From Corallochytrium limacisporum Hawaii (Eukaryota; Protista; Pluriformea), in the NCBI GenBank assembly GCA_002811645.1, contig PDIP01000032.1:356120-420119 (forward strand): DNA of 64,000 nucleotides. Reading direction: 5' to 3'. Positions 23,954 through 34,049 of the stretch are shown piece after piece; positions within the stretch are counted from its first letter, which is position 1, and each line of letters opens with the position of its first letter. Below the pieces are notes generated by a model, which worked only from the letters and a program-made list of their open reading frames with translations, was not told the origin of the DNA and made no database searches. Both the position numbers and the translations under genes were made by a program.

Positions 23954-25087
23954 TTAGACGCCGGCAATCTTTGCCATGTTGGACTCGTATATGTCCAGGG
24001 AATGCTGGGCGACACCAGAGTACAGGGAAGGTGCATAGTCAGCACCCTCAACCAGCTGGCTGGCGTAACGCTGTGTGAAGTAGAACACATTGGCTTCTAC
24101 AGCATGTTTATAGGCGAAAGCCACAATGCCACTAACAATGTCAAAGTTGTTGACCCAACGGTAGATGTCAAGTTCTGGGCGGGTAGCAAGGCGGGCTGCG
24201 GACGCGGAGGTCCAAACCTCCGGGGCACCAAAGGTGTGCAGCTGAGCGCATCCGTTGCAGTTAAAGAAACCAGCATCGTTCTGCACAGCAGCGTACCAGT
24301 TGGCCATGGCACCACCCTTGGAATGTCCTGTAATGATGTGGCCACCGTCGCAGTAGCCAGCGGCAAGGAATTGGGCATGCTTGGACTTAACTTTGCCATA
24401 GACGTCGTTCATTTCATCGTAGAAGCCGCGGTGGCCAGTGTAAGACCCTTTGGTTATGCTAAGGGCATTGATGTTAGAGATCCAATCACTAGCATCATCA
24501 CTACCTTCAAAAGACACGTAACAGATATTGTCTGCATCGCGGGCCACTATCGAGGTGTCAGCGCCATTGTCTGTGGTGTAACGATGCCATTCCGTCAGGC
24601 TAGGAATGGCAGGGGCAAAGTTTCCGTAGGTGGCCTGGGCCACCTTCACGGCTTTCCAGCCTGCCAAATAGGTAGGATCGTTCTCTGCAGCATCATTTTG
24701 GTCCGATACAATCATACGCATAGTGCAGGAAGCCTCCTTGCAGCGAAAATTAAGACTGAAGCTGCCGATGCCGGTGATGTCAACGTTATGGGTGCAGACG
24801 TGGTCATCGGGTCCAATCGTGTCGTATTCCCACACTTCAAGGGTGACACGCGAGGAATCCTGGCCCCACGCAAGGTTCTCATTCCATTCAGGAGTTTGGT
24901 CATTGCTGTCCTCACTAGTAGCGAGCTTGAACCCAGGGATAAAGACGTAGAAGTCACCGTGATCGAAAGTATCAGCCCAGTAGTAGATTTTACCGCAGGA
25001 CATTGAGTCAAGGGTGACCTCGTAGGCGTTGGCAGCTCCTGCCATGGTGGCAGCCGTAAGGATAAGAAGACGGACGGCAAATTTCAT
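23954..25087 (-). CDS. Secreted class-3 lipase with N-terminal C2-like domain
   Basis: Signal peptide MKFAVRLLILTAATMAGAANA; C2-like PEWNENL..W...VTLEVWEYDTIGPDD; lipase_3 motifs VSFEGS..DW..N, HRGF, TGHSKGGA, TFGAP, DIV, QHSL..Y. Start at ATG 25087 rather than the track's TTG. Confidence 0.88.
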   Translation of the reverse strand: MKFAVRLLILTAATMAGAANAYEVTLDSMSCGKIYYWADTFDHGDFYVFIPGFKLATSEDSNDQTPEWNENLAWGQDSSRVTLEVWEYDTIGPDDHVCTHNVDITGIGSFSLNFRCKEASCTMRMIVSDQNDAAENDPTYLAGWKAVKVAQATYGNFAPAIPSLTEWHRYTTDNGADTSIVARDADNICYVSFEGSDDASDWISNINALSITKGSYTGHRGFYDEMNDVYGKVKSKHAQFLAAGYCDGGHIITGHSKGGAMANWYAAVQNDAGFFNCNGCAQLHTFGAPEVWTSASAARLATRPELDIYRWVNNFDIVSGIVAFAYKHAVEANVFYFTQRYASQLVEGADYAPSLYSGVAQHSLDIYESNMAKIAGV

Positions 25088-25100
25088 CTTGATGTGAAGT

Positions 25101-25141
25101 CTGTTGCGGAGGGAAAGCTGATTAGAACGGAGAAAGCTTAC
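25101..25141 (-). other. Candidate 41-nt spliceosomal intron in the lipase 5'UTR
   Basis: Minus strand reads GTAAGC-tttctccgtt-CTAAT-cag-ctttccctcc-gcaaCAG: donor, branch-point-like sequence, pyrimidine tract and acceptor, ending 13 nt before the ATG. Confidence 0.45.
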
Positions 25142-25184
25142 GAGACTCGTGTCGACAGCCCAACTGTTCAGGATCGACAATCTC

Positions 25185-25191
25185 TTTTATA
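25185..25191 (-). promoter_or_regulatory. TATA box of the lipase gene
   Basis: gcTATAAAAgag on the minus strand about 100 nt upstream of the ATG. Confidence 0.5.
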
Positions 25192-26355
25192 GCTCCACAT
25201 GAACACCATAACACTGCCCAACGGAACCATACATGGGAGTATCCGGCCAACAAAGGAACCCTCACATCACGCTCAATGTGCAGAGCTTGGTTTTGTAGGA
25301 CGATGCGTGCTAATGATGATGTCAAAGCAGCTCTCACTGCAATTCCGGCTCCGTGGAACACTGGATCGCAGCCTTTTCCCCCCTCCCCGGCCCCCTGGCG
25401 GCCACCCGATCCCTACGCCCATCACCCCCACTGCGCAGAAACAAGACCCCGGTGAACGGGTATTCGACCCTGGTCCAAGTCTCATCATCAGCCAATTTGT
25501 GACCGTACTAGCGCCCCCTGAAGAGCCTTTTCTCATCCCATCCAGCAATGAAAGAAGTTGCGTATGCTACGTCTCCGTTTACTTGACGAATCAAAGCACT
25601 CGGTGCTGAGGACCCTGGACGGTGTCCGTTCGCAAAGATTGCGCATCTACGACGCGATAGTTTGCTCAGTTTACGATACCTCGCAGTGGTAGTGTTCAGC
25701 CTTCATAGAGTTAGAGTAGGCCACCACGGCGCATCCCCATGATCTCGTCTATGGACCTCCACCGCAGCTGTGGGCGCAACATCCAGCGACTTCATCCACA
25801 GCCCCAAAGCCAATGAATCTAGCGGCCACTTTCGACTCCACGGTAACCAGAGCCCAAAGGGCCTTCTCCAGATCTTTCATCCCTACCGTCGTGTCACAAT
25901 TTTCTATGACTTTTGGTTGCGCCTGGTCGTTCTTCCGATCGCCGCCCAAGTGGGTGCGAGCGCGCTCCTCCAGGTCCGCTGGAGTTCTGTGGCCCTTCAC
26001 GCTTTTCTTTTTCGCTTTCGTTCCATTCTTCTCAATTGTTTTCCGCTCTCTCCAATTGTCCCACCGTTGTAGTAAGAACAAAAACATTCGTTGAATGTCC
26101 GATTATAGTCTTTGCCCGTCTTTGCTCACACCCCCACTTGCTGCGTCCTGCTCTCCTTCCTTCCTTCCAAAACCATCCACCCGATGCCCCGTGACCCTTC
26201 CTTGCCTCCCTGCGGTCCTCAGTGTTAGGCTAACCGTCTATACCGTGCAACTCTCCGGTGGACGCAGAACGAAATGCGAGAAACCCTCGCGGCCGATCAC
26301 GCCCCTCCGTGTGCAGCACGATCCAAAAACCCACTCGTGCCTCCCCTCTCCCTCT

Positions 26356-27131
26356 CCCTTTGCCCCCCCCCCCGGGCGTCGAGCGGCCCATTCTCACACA
26401 CAGCAGAAACCACTTTTTCACGAAAACGAAGGGGACCCATCCCCCCACCCCCGGCGGTGCAAACACTAAAACTCCAAGCGGGAGGGGGGGGATGTGACGG
26501 GTTTGCGACGAGGGTCGTAGTACATTTACTATTACCCGCAAAGTCATCGGTAAAATGCCGGGAAGGCAACCGGAAAGGCTTGACGTCGACCGGTGCGCCA
26601 CACGCACACACGCACACACGCACAAACTCCACCTGCCAGCAGTCCGCCGCCCCCTCCCACCCCCCACACTCCACCTCCTCCCTCGCCCATCCACCCGCGT
26701 CAGAAGAAGAAAATCCAAAGTTTACCGGCCTTGGATCTATTTCCTGTCGCTCCACGTTCTCTATGGGATATGTTCCCATATGCCCTGAACGTGCAATGGC
26801 TGTTTTGGTTTCTATTTGTTATTCTTCGATTGTGGTAACCCACACACCCATACCCCCTCACTGGGCTCTAACCGGTCCCTCCCTCCCTCCCCCCCCTTCA
26901 CTCCTTCTTGGCGTTCTCGCGGTAGTGCGCCTATTGCGCAAAAGGGGCCCCTCACTGGAAGTCCGAAGGCACACTTTGTGCTCCGGGACGTTGTAAACGG
27001 CCAGTTCGGGACCATAAGCCGCTGGGCGCCCCCCCCCCCCCCCTTTGCCCCCCCCCCCGGGCGTCGAGCGGCCCATTCTCACACACAGCAGAAACCACTT
27101 TTTCACGAAAACGAAGGGGACCCATCCCCCC
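26356..27131 (+). repeat. 91-bp exact direct repeat (26356-26446 and 27041-27131)
   Basis: Identical ccctttg(c11)gggcgtcgagcggcccattctcacacacagcagaaaccactttttcacgaaaacgaaggggacccatcccccc in both copies. Confidence 0.95.
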
Positions 27132-28632
27132 CTCTCCGTAATACTTCCCCACTTCCCTTCAGGTGGGGCGAGGGAGAGAGCGCTGCAGTACACAACGTAC
27201 GACGAAAAATCCTTCGGAGTTGTGCGGGTAGGGAACCCCACACCCATGGGGAAGGACGCACGTGTGGCAGAGCTCGGCAGTGGTGCAGGGGTTTGTGATC
27301 GCGTTGCATTTGTTAGTCTCTGCTGGCCCTACGTTCCTGACGTGAACTTCGCATACCCACTGAAGATTTAGACAGAGCTTGGGGACTTGTCAAGGAGCAA
27401 CGTTTGACGAAGAAGATGACAGGATCGATACTGCGCAGTGGTTTTAGTGATGACGAGGCGTGCTCGAGGGCGCCGGAGCGCTCTGTGGGTCTCTGGACGG
27501 GCATAGTCACGTCTCTTTGACTTCGTAGACATATCCTTCAGGAGTTTTGCACAGTGGCATGCAAATAGGCAGAGGATCGTGGAATGCATTTCCACAAAGA
27601 TATGGCATTTAGACTGTATGTTAGAGTCGTATCTGCGTCAGATAGATGCATTCGAATAGACGGAATACCATGTTTGGAGGTTTGGATGGTATTGCTAGTA
27701 ATGACATGGTAGCGGGATGGAGCCAATGGTAGAAACTATGCGAACATATTACCGTGTCATGGAAGGGCCACGCCTCCCCCTAAACTGTGTATGCACAACA
27801 ACGACAATATGACCGAAACGATTCAGCAATCAAAGTGGGTACAGCAATACCTTTATGATCGACGTTATGCGAGTACACTTGGCGCCTTCAAATCTACCCG
27901 TGACGTTCTTTCCTCTGTTTGCGCAGCAACACTTCCGAATACAAGGGCGGCATGATCCATGCAGTGTCCACTGCGCAATGCAACGAGCGTCACAGGAACG
28001 ATGCGGAAACAGCATGCCAGGACGGTATCTTAGGTTGATTCTCCAGTTGTGCGTCGTACTTGGCTCGCTTGGAGCGTGTCACGGTGTCCGTTCCCTAATA
28101 TTGTACCAGAAATAGAAGAACAGCAGCGGAGGGATGCGCATCCTGAAGGGTACAAAACAGATGAGGTAACGGCCAGGACACGGCTTGTCAGGCGGTGTCG
28201 TGCGTGACCATCTTTCCCTCGGTTGATAAATAGGCCCCAGTCCTGATTTTCAAAGAAGTGATTGATACGTATATAAATTACAATTGTGTTCCGTAGTCAA
28301 TGTACCGCTTGCAGAGAGGGAAGTACTTTCAGTATAGCAGCGTGGTGGGGGGGATGCGTTGGCCAGTGTCGGCTCAGGATCCTCTCCCGGTGCCGTCATA
28401 TTCGGTAGCAGACGTAAGTCTGCCTGTGCGGTCAAACAGGTGCTGGTATGGGACACCTTAGATTGGTTACTTAACGATCGAAATGGATACGAACATAGTC
28501 GTGGGTCATTTGGTTAATGATGTTGACCCCCTTCGCCTCTGACAGTAGGGGTTGTAGCGGAGAACGGCAATGTGAATTGGCCACTGCGAGGTTGTGCAGC
28601 ACTAGTAATTGCCTTGAACACTTTGTCAAGAC

Positions 28633-28797
28633 ATGGCACCAAAGAAAGGTCCTGGGCCTAGCCGGGTATTAGCACAATGGGGAGTGATCATTGTAGCCGG
28701 TGTGAGCATTTTCGTATTCGCACAGAAGGATATCACTCGCCGGCGGGTAGATGTTCTCAAACGTGAGCAGGAAGAAGACAAGAAGGCCTCATCATAG
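28633..28797 (+). CDS. 54-aa single-pass membrane microprotein, DUF4748-like
   Basis: Manual translation MAPKKGPGPSRVLAQWGVIIVAGVSIFVFAQKDITRRRVDVLKREQEEDKKASS*; gacATGG context; WGxxxVAG...FAxKxI..RR pattern; converges on the neighbouring gene across an AT-rich 3' interval. Below the track's length cutoff. Confidence 0.75.
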   Translation: MAPKKGPGPSRVLAQWGVIIVAGVSIFVFAQKDITRRRVDVLKREQEEDKKASS

Positions 28798-28957
28798 CAA
28801 TGGCTACACCATACCTATTGGAAACATGTCACATGGGCTGCTCTGATGCGCTGTGACATTAGTTTCACTTGCGATACTGAAAGTCTTGATCGACGCAGAA
28901 TGATGTTTAACGCTTGTTTAATACGAAATCATGATACATAACAGATATAAAGCAAAA

Positions 28958-29563
28958 TTACAAAATTGTACAGTTCCGGCAGCAATCGTAATACGAGGGC
29001 ACTGGCACAACCTGATCATCCTGCAGCAATGGCGTGCCCTCTGTTGCATGTGCATCGCCAGCAAGCACCTTCTTCATCTCCTTTGAGAGCACCGCCTCAC
29101 CCGAGAGGCGAGCCTTCTGCACAGCTCCTGCCCTTGCCGGCTCCCCGGAGTTTGCTCTCGATGCGGATTTGCCCTGGCCACCGTCTCCCTGTTTCTCTTC
29201 AGCAATAACCTGGTCGCCCGACTCTAGAGGTTTCTGCTCATCGTCTGCCATGGCCTTTCCAGGTGAACTGCCGCTGGCCTCGCCCTCGATCATGTTTTCG
29301 AGGCTATTCAGAGCGGCCATTGCGTCCTGTTCCTCTTTCTCTGCTTGCTCCTGCTCCCTGGTGTATGCATCAAGGTCCTTCCTCATCTTCTTTGACCGGT
29401 TTCGACCAATCACACTTGTGAACTTCTTGCCCACTGACCTCACCTTTTTTAGACTCTCCGTGCTGTAGGACTTAAGCCCCCGAGGGCTCTCGGAGCCAGG
29501 GGCGGCGTTGTGAGGCGAGTCGTCACGGACCTTTTGTGGCGAGTCTTCCGCTTGTGATGACAT
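28958..29563 (-). CDS. Uncharacterised hydrophilic protein with C-terminal CaaX box and dileucine motif
   Basis: 201-aa ORF with atcATG start, short coiled coil, EGTPLL motif, ends YYDCCRNCTIL*. Confidence 0.75.
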   Translation of the reverse strand: MSSQAEDSPQKVRDDSPHNAAPGSESPRGLKSYSTESLKKVRSVGKKFTSVIGRNRSKKMRKDLDAYTREQEQAEKEEQDAMAALNSLENMIEGEASGSSPGKAMADDEQKPLESGDQVIAEEKQGDGGQGKSASRANSGEPARAGAVQKARLSGEAVLSKEMKKVLAGDAHATEGTPLLQDDQVVPVPSYYDCCRNCTIL

Positions 29564-29694
29564 GATTCCTGATTTTATATCCAGCTACTACTTGCACAGA
29601 GATCCTGCTAGTAATTAGACAAGGTTTAACTTTGTCGCATCAAGAACCGCCAAGTGACACACAGAAATATACATTCCTATATTGAACCAGAGCA

Positions 29695-29730
29695 ATCTTA
29701 GCAACCCAGTTCAACTGGGTTGCTCAAGAT
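29695..29730. repeat. Inverted repeat with 12-bp perfect arms and 1-nt spacer (17 bp with one bulge)
   Basis: atctt-AGCAACCCAGTT-c-AACTGGGTTGCT-c-aagat. Confidence 0.9.
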
Positions 29731-30769
29731 CACTGGAACACTCTCGCCTCAAATAGGCAGTTTGTGCTCTAGACTAGAGCATAAATTTCTCCATTCCGCC
29801 ATTGGCTCTGCGCACGGGCGATGGACTAACGACCCGCGCGCCCAATTGTCGGTACGCGCCTGGTATCCTTGATATGCGCGCGACTGTCACACTGCGGCGC
29901 GCCCCCCAGCGAGGGAAGGGAGAGAGCGGCGGGCGGGAGGACAACACAGAGGAAGAGCGGGGCCCCAGCGAGACAAAGTCTATGCAGCACCGCCTCCCGC
30001 TGCTTGGCTTTGCTCACGGTCTTGCCAGCCAACGAGCGCCAGAGTGTGTGACCCGCCCCAACGCCCGTTTCTTTAGACGGGCGGGCTCCAGTGGCGGTAT
30101 TTTTAGTATGGGACGCGGGTACTGGATGGACCGGGTTGAGTCTGGTGTTTTTTTTTTTTTTTTTTTCAAGTGGTCGCTCGGGCCCCCGACCCCGAAGTGT
30201 AGGTAATGGTAAGATCAAGTTTCACACACACGTTACGGACATGTCTGCCAATGACGAGCTTTCGGCTTTCCTACCCAATATACCGTAGTTTTCGATGAGA
30301 TTGCTACGACAATGGATCTTGAGCTCGGAGCGCTGACACAAGGGTTGTGCGGGGCGAAAATTTGTCTTGCCCTTTTGTTCCTATGGGCTTGTGGAGCGAG
30401 CGATAGGAAGGCAGGAAAAGGGGCCCCGGCTGTACAGCCAATCACCACCGGATCCAAATAGATGATAACCTAATTAAATAATTTAAGGGCGGGCATAGTG
30501 TACAAAGGGCACAGGGCACGGACGAAAGGGAAAACAGCCAGCGGGGGCCCCCGAGTGTCCGCATTTCGTATTCGCTCAGGCATCGGCCGTTACCAAGCCC
30601 TTACGGTCTGTCTGGAAATTCAAGTGAGAGCACACATCTTCGGAGATATTTAAGAGGTTGTTAGATGTGGCAGTGGAATTCCCCTTTGGAACACAAGCGG
30701 AGACACAGAAGAGAACGACTTGCAGGCAAAGGAGGGTAGAACGATTTTGATCTCTCACTCGATCTAACG

Positions 30770-32101
30770 ATGGATATCGAGGACGCCATGGAAGTCGGCG
30801 AGCCCGCCGGAACCAGCCCTTCAGCCGATGAAGGGTACGATGTAGAGGACATCGATTTCGATATCATCGAGAACAATATAGATCTAGAAACCCTTGCCAC
30901 TAGCTACACGGGAAACATTCGGATACAGCATCTACTCTACGTAGCTGGACGGTCAAGCCCATTGCGTCAGAGCGCCCTCGAACTTGTTGAGCACTACATT
31001 AAGGAGGACACATGGAACACACAGCTGTACCGAGAGGTTGCTGAGCAATTAAAACAAATGGACTCCAACTTTCAGCCCAACTACCACTGGGCAGAGGACA
31101 TTGACCAACAAGCTGCCCAACAGAAAGATCGCCTGGAGGCTGACTTGAAGCTGCACAAGGACTCTCACATCAAGGAGAGCATTCGACTGGGACAGCACGA
31201 TCTGGCGACTTTCTTCTACAAGAAGGGTGAACTACAGAATGCGAACCGCCATTACCATCGCACACGAGACTACTGCACAAATAGTCGATACATGCTGCAA
31301 ATGTGCATGGACATTGTCCAAGTGGATGTAGAGCTGGGAAGCTGGAAGAGTATTCCGCAATTTGTACAAAAGGCTGAGACATTTGCAGAGTATGCGCAAG
31401 AACCCAAGATCCAAGCCAAGTTGAATTGTGCTGCAGCACTGGCTTCACTACACGCCGGCAATTACGAGGGCTGTGCCATGTCCTTGCTCAAAGTTCCGTA
31501 CGATCAGGTCAACAACATTACAAGCATCATGAGCGGAGCCGATGTTGCTACCCACACCGCCCTGTGTGCTCTCGCCACCTTCGATTTGCAGCGACTGAAG
31601 CGCAATGTCTATGAGAACGCTCAGTTCTCATCGTTTCTAGAGTTTGCACCGGAAATGCGCAGTATCCTGAGCGGATTCGTCAACAGCAAATATGCGGAGT
31701 GTCTGAGTCTATTGGAACGCCATCGTAATGACTATCTGTTAAACATGCATCTCAGCGCTCACATTGACAAACTGTGTACCGAGATTCGCACCCTGAGCAT
31801 GGTTCAGTACTTTAGTCCATTCGTGAGCGTGAACCTGGCGACCATGGCACGGAACTTCAACACTGACTTGGACGGTCTTGAAAAGGAGCTCATCAAGCTC
31901 ATTATGAACGATGCTATCGAAGCCCGCATCGACTCGGACCGGAAAATCCTGCAGAAGCGAGTAGTAAACGAACAGCAGGCCACGTTCCAAAAGGCCCTCC
32001 GCGTCGGTGAAGAATATGGCCGCAATGTCACGGCTTTGCTTCTGCGGACGGCATTGATTAAGGAGGGTCTCGTCATTGGTAATAAGAGCACCGGCAATTG
32101 A
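30770..32101 (+). CDS. CSN1: COP9 signalosome subunit 1 (GPS1/CSN1)
   Basis: IDLETLATSYTG, IKESIRLG..DLA.F, RTRDYCT, DVA..TALCALATFD, FLEFAPE, PCI domain QYFSPFVSV...IEARIDS..KIL. Confidence 0.95.
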   Translation: MDIEDAMEVGEPAGTSPSADEGYDVEDIDFDIIENNIDLETLATSYTGNIRIQHLLYVAGRSSPLRQSALELVEHYIKEDTWNTQLYREVAEQLKQMDSNFQPNYHWAEDIDQQAAQQKDRLEADLKLHKDSHIKESIRLGQHDLATFFYKKGELQNANRHYHRTRDYCTNSRYMLQMCMDIVQVDVELGSWKSIPQFVQKAETFAEYAQEPKIQAKLNCAAALASLHAGNYEGCAMSLLKVPYDQVNNITSIMSGADVATHTALCALATFDLQRLKRNVYENAQFSSFLEFAPEMRSILSGFVNSKYAECLSLLERHRNDYLLNMHLSAHIDKLCTEIRTLSMVQYFSPFVSVNLATMARNFNTDLDGLEKELIKLIMNDAIEARIDSDRKILQKRVVNEQQATFQKALRVGEEYGRNVTALLLRTALIKEGLVIGNKSTGN

Positions 32102-32309
32102 ACAAGACTTGGAATATCAAACGGCACAGCACTGTTTTACGTCAAGGATTTCTATTTTCTTTATCATTGAACCCATGATTAATGTGATGCAATCGTACTA
32201 CTATGCTAAAACTGAATCTCTGGTAGAACAACTGTTCTTGATACTACCGAGAAGATGATCATATGACGTCGGATGAGGCTCTGCCCTCATGCACGACAAA
32301 GGAAACTAT

Positions 32310-33347
32310 TTACATTAGAGTGTCAGAAGACTCAGAGCCACGGAGATTGGAAGGAACAACATGGTGCACAACTCCACTGATGGAACCAAGCAGCTTGAGC
32401 TGGCCCCGAGGTCTGTCAAGCTTGCTCTTCATCTTGTAAATGTGCCATTTCTTGCGGCTCTCGTCGTGCCAGTTTGTCTTCCAGGTCACACGACCGTCAT
32501 TGATGCGCATGAGCTTGGCCTTGGCATTTTCAGCACCAAGCAAACTCTGCTGAGTGGCAATTACGGCCACCTCTTCAACACCAGCGACAGTTTTGGGTCC
32601 TGTGTAGTAGTAGCCCTCGGACACGGGCAAGAAACCAGTAAGACTAAGTTTGCGCATGTTCCACAAGGCACATGTGTTCCAGGGAGCAGTCAGGCCGTCG
32701 AGTTCGTGTTCCCCTTCGCGGTGCCTGTGGCCCTTGTCCGGGAAAGCAGACCCAACGACCAGCGTGTCCTCGTCCATGACTTCGACAAGATCATGGATGG
32801 TGAATTCACGGCACTGAACTTCTACGCTGGCAAACAGAATCTGATCCGCTCCGTGCATGGCAGCGCTCTGGACCAGCGTGTTCAAGGCAGGCACAAAGTG
32901 ACCCCACTGGGGAACTACCAATACCTCTATCTCGACAGATACGGACCCTTCAAGGTCCTGCATGGCCTTCCGCACTCCATTCACAAGCGCGTCGTTCGCT
33001 CCATCAACTGCAACTCCCACCCATGTGCTGTAGGCCTGAGCGTTAATGACAAAGTTCTTTAGCATTTCGATATCCCGGTCATTGGTAGCCTGATCCGCGT
33101 TTCGTCGGTGCACACGCGTTGCCGTGTAAATCAATGGTAGTGATGGTGAAAACCGCAGTTCACTCTCTGATTCCGCCGTGCTGGGCTGTGACATACTTTC
33201 CTCATTCTGTGAGACACGTTTCGTGCCAGTGGCCCGTGAGGAGAGCGTTAAAGTGGTGGCGAGACTCTTTGCATCGTTGAAGACAGACCGTGCACCGCTA
33301 CTGCGGCCGCGTCTTCCTATCCGCTTTGCTGGCGTTGAAACCCCCAT
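32310..33347 (-). CDS. Uncharacterised conserved-looking protein, possible GT-A glycosyltransferase-like fold, with disordered N-terminus
   Basis: Globular C-terminal ~270 aa with ATRVH, VAVD, WGHFVPALN, DTLVVG, PWNTCALW, GVEEV, WH..KMKSK motifs. First ATG at 33347 (acgATGG). Function not established. Confidence 0.7.
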   Translation of the reverse strand: MGVSTPAKRIGRRGRSSGARSVFNDAKSLATTLTLSSRATGTKRVSQNEESMSQPSTAESESELRFSPSLPLIYTATRVHRRNADQATNDRDIEMLKNFVINAQAYSTWVGVAVDGANDALVNGVRKAMQDLEGSVSVEIEVLVVPQWGHFVPALNTLVQSAAMHGADQILFASVEVQCREFTIHDLVEVMDEDTLVVGSAFPDKGHRHREGEHELDGLTAPWNTCALWNMRKLSLTGFLPVSEGYYYTGPKTVAGVEEVAVIATQQSLLGAENAKAKLMRINDGRVTWKTNWHDESRKKWHIYKMKSKLDRPRGQLKLLGSISGVVHHVVPSNLRGSESSDTLM

Positions 33348-34049
33348 CGTTGATTCGAGGGATTCTCTATCTGTGTTTTTCAAATATAAGTCACTTTCGG
33401 TCGCGTCAGACCATCATATCCTGCTGATTACCCATTTACTTCCAAAAAGCGGTGAGTGTGTTATAAGTCTAGCTCCTGAAGAAATACGTCCACAGCAGTC
33501 CTTTAAGGGAACCAGTGATTCGTCAAATACCCAATAGAAACAAAGAGCTTCCCACCATAGTCAAGTATGTCTATCTCTTGCGATGACGCATGCCATGACC
33601 TGCCACACGCGACGCACTCCATTGGCAGGAATGGCCCCAAATGTAACGGTACATTCGTCACAAGCCGGTACGTTCCGTGACAAGATGGACCTATGACGAG
33701 CACGAAAGCTTTGGATGCGCCATAGAACGGAAGGCCCAACCAACCGCGGCCCCATAGTATGGCAATACTCGAAACGCACCAGTCACACCTTCGTATCCGT
33801 GGCGGTGTTTGCGTGTGTGTGTCCCCGTCAACGCACGATCTGGTCCATCGGCGTGTGCTCGGTTGCTGACTTTCTTCTTATTTTATCGATGGTGCTGGGC
33901 CACCCACCGTTGTGACCGTCTGCAACAAAGACCGGTTTCGCAAGCAGAAAAAAAAAGTTTCTCACCCCGAGCAAAACTCCTAGTCACATCCGACCCAAAA
34001 TGCTCCCACCGCGAAACAACCGTCCCCAACCCAACCCCGGGGCAGGAAA

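Noticed and set aside
23819-25006. 395-aa ORF antisense to the lipase
   Set aside because: Shadow ORF arising from codon bias of the real minus-strand gene; no recognisable motifs
25749-26087. 112-aa minus-strand ORF and other 60-165-aa intergenic ORFs (e.g. 17193-17441, 47964-48344, 62515-63009)
   Set aside because: No recognisable domains or coding-like composition; cannot be supported as genes from sequence alone
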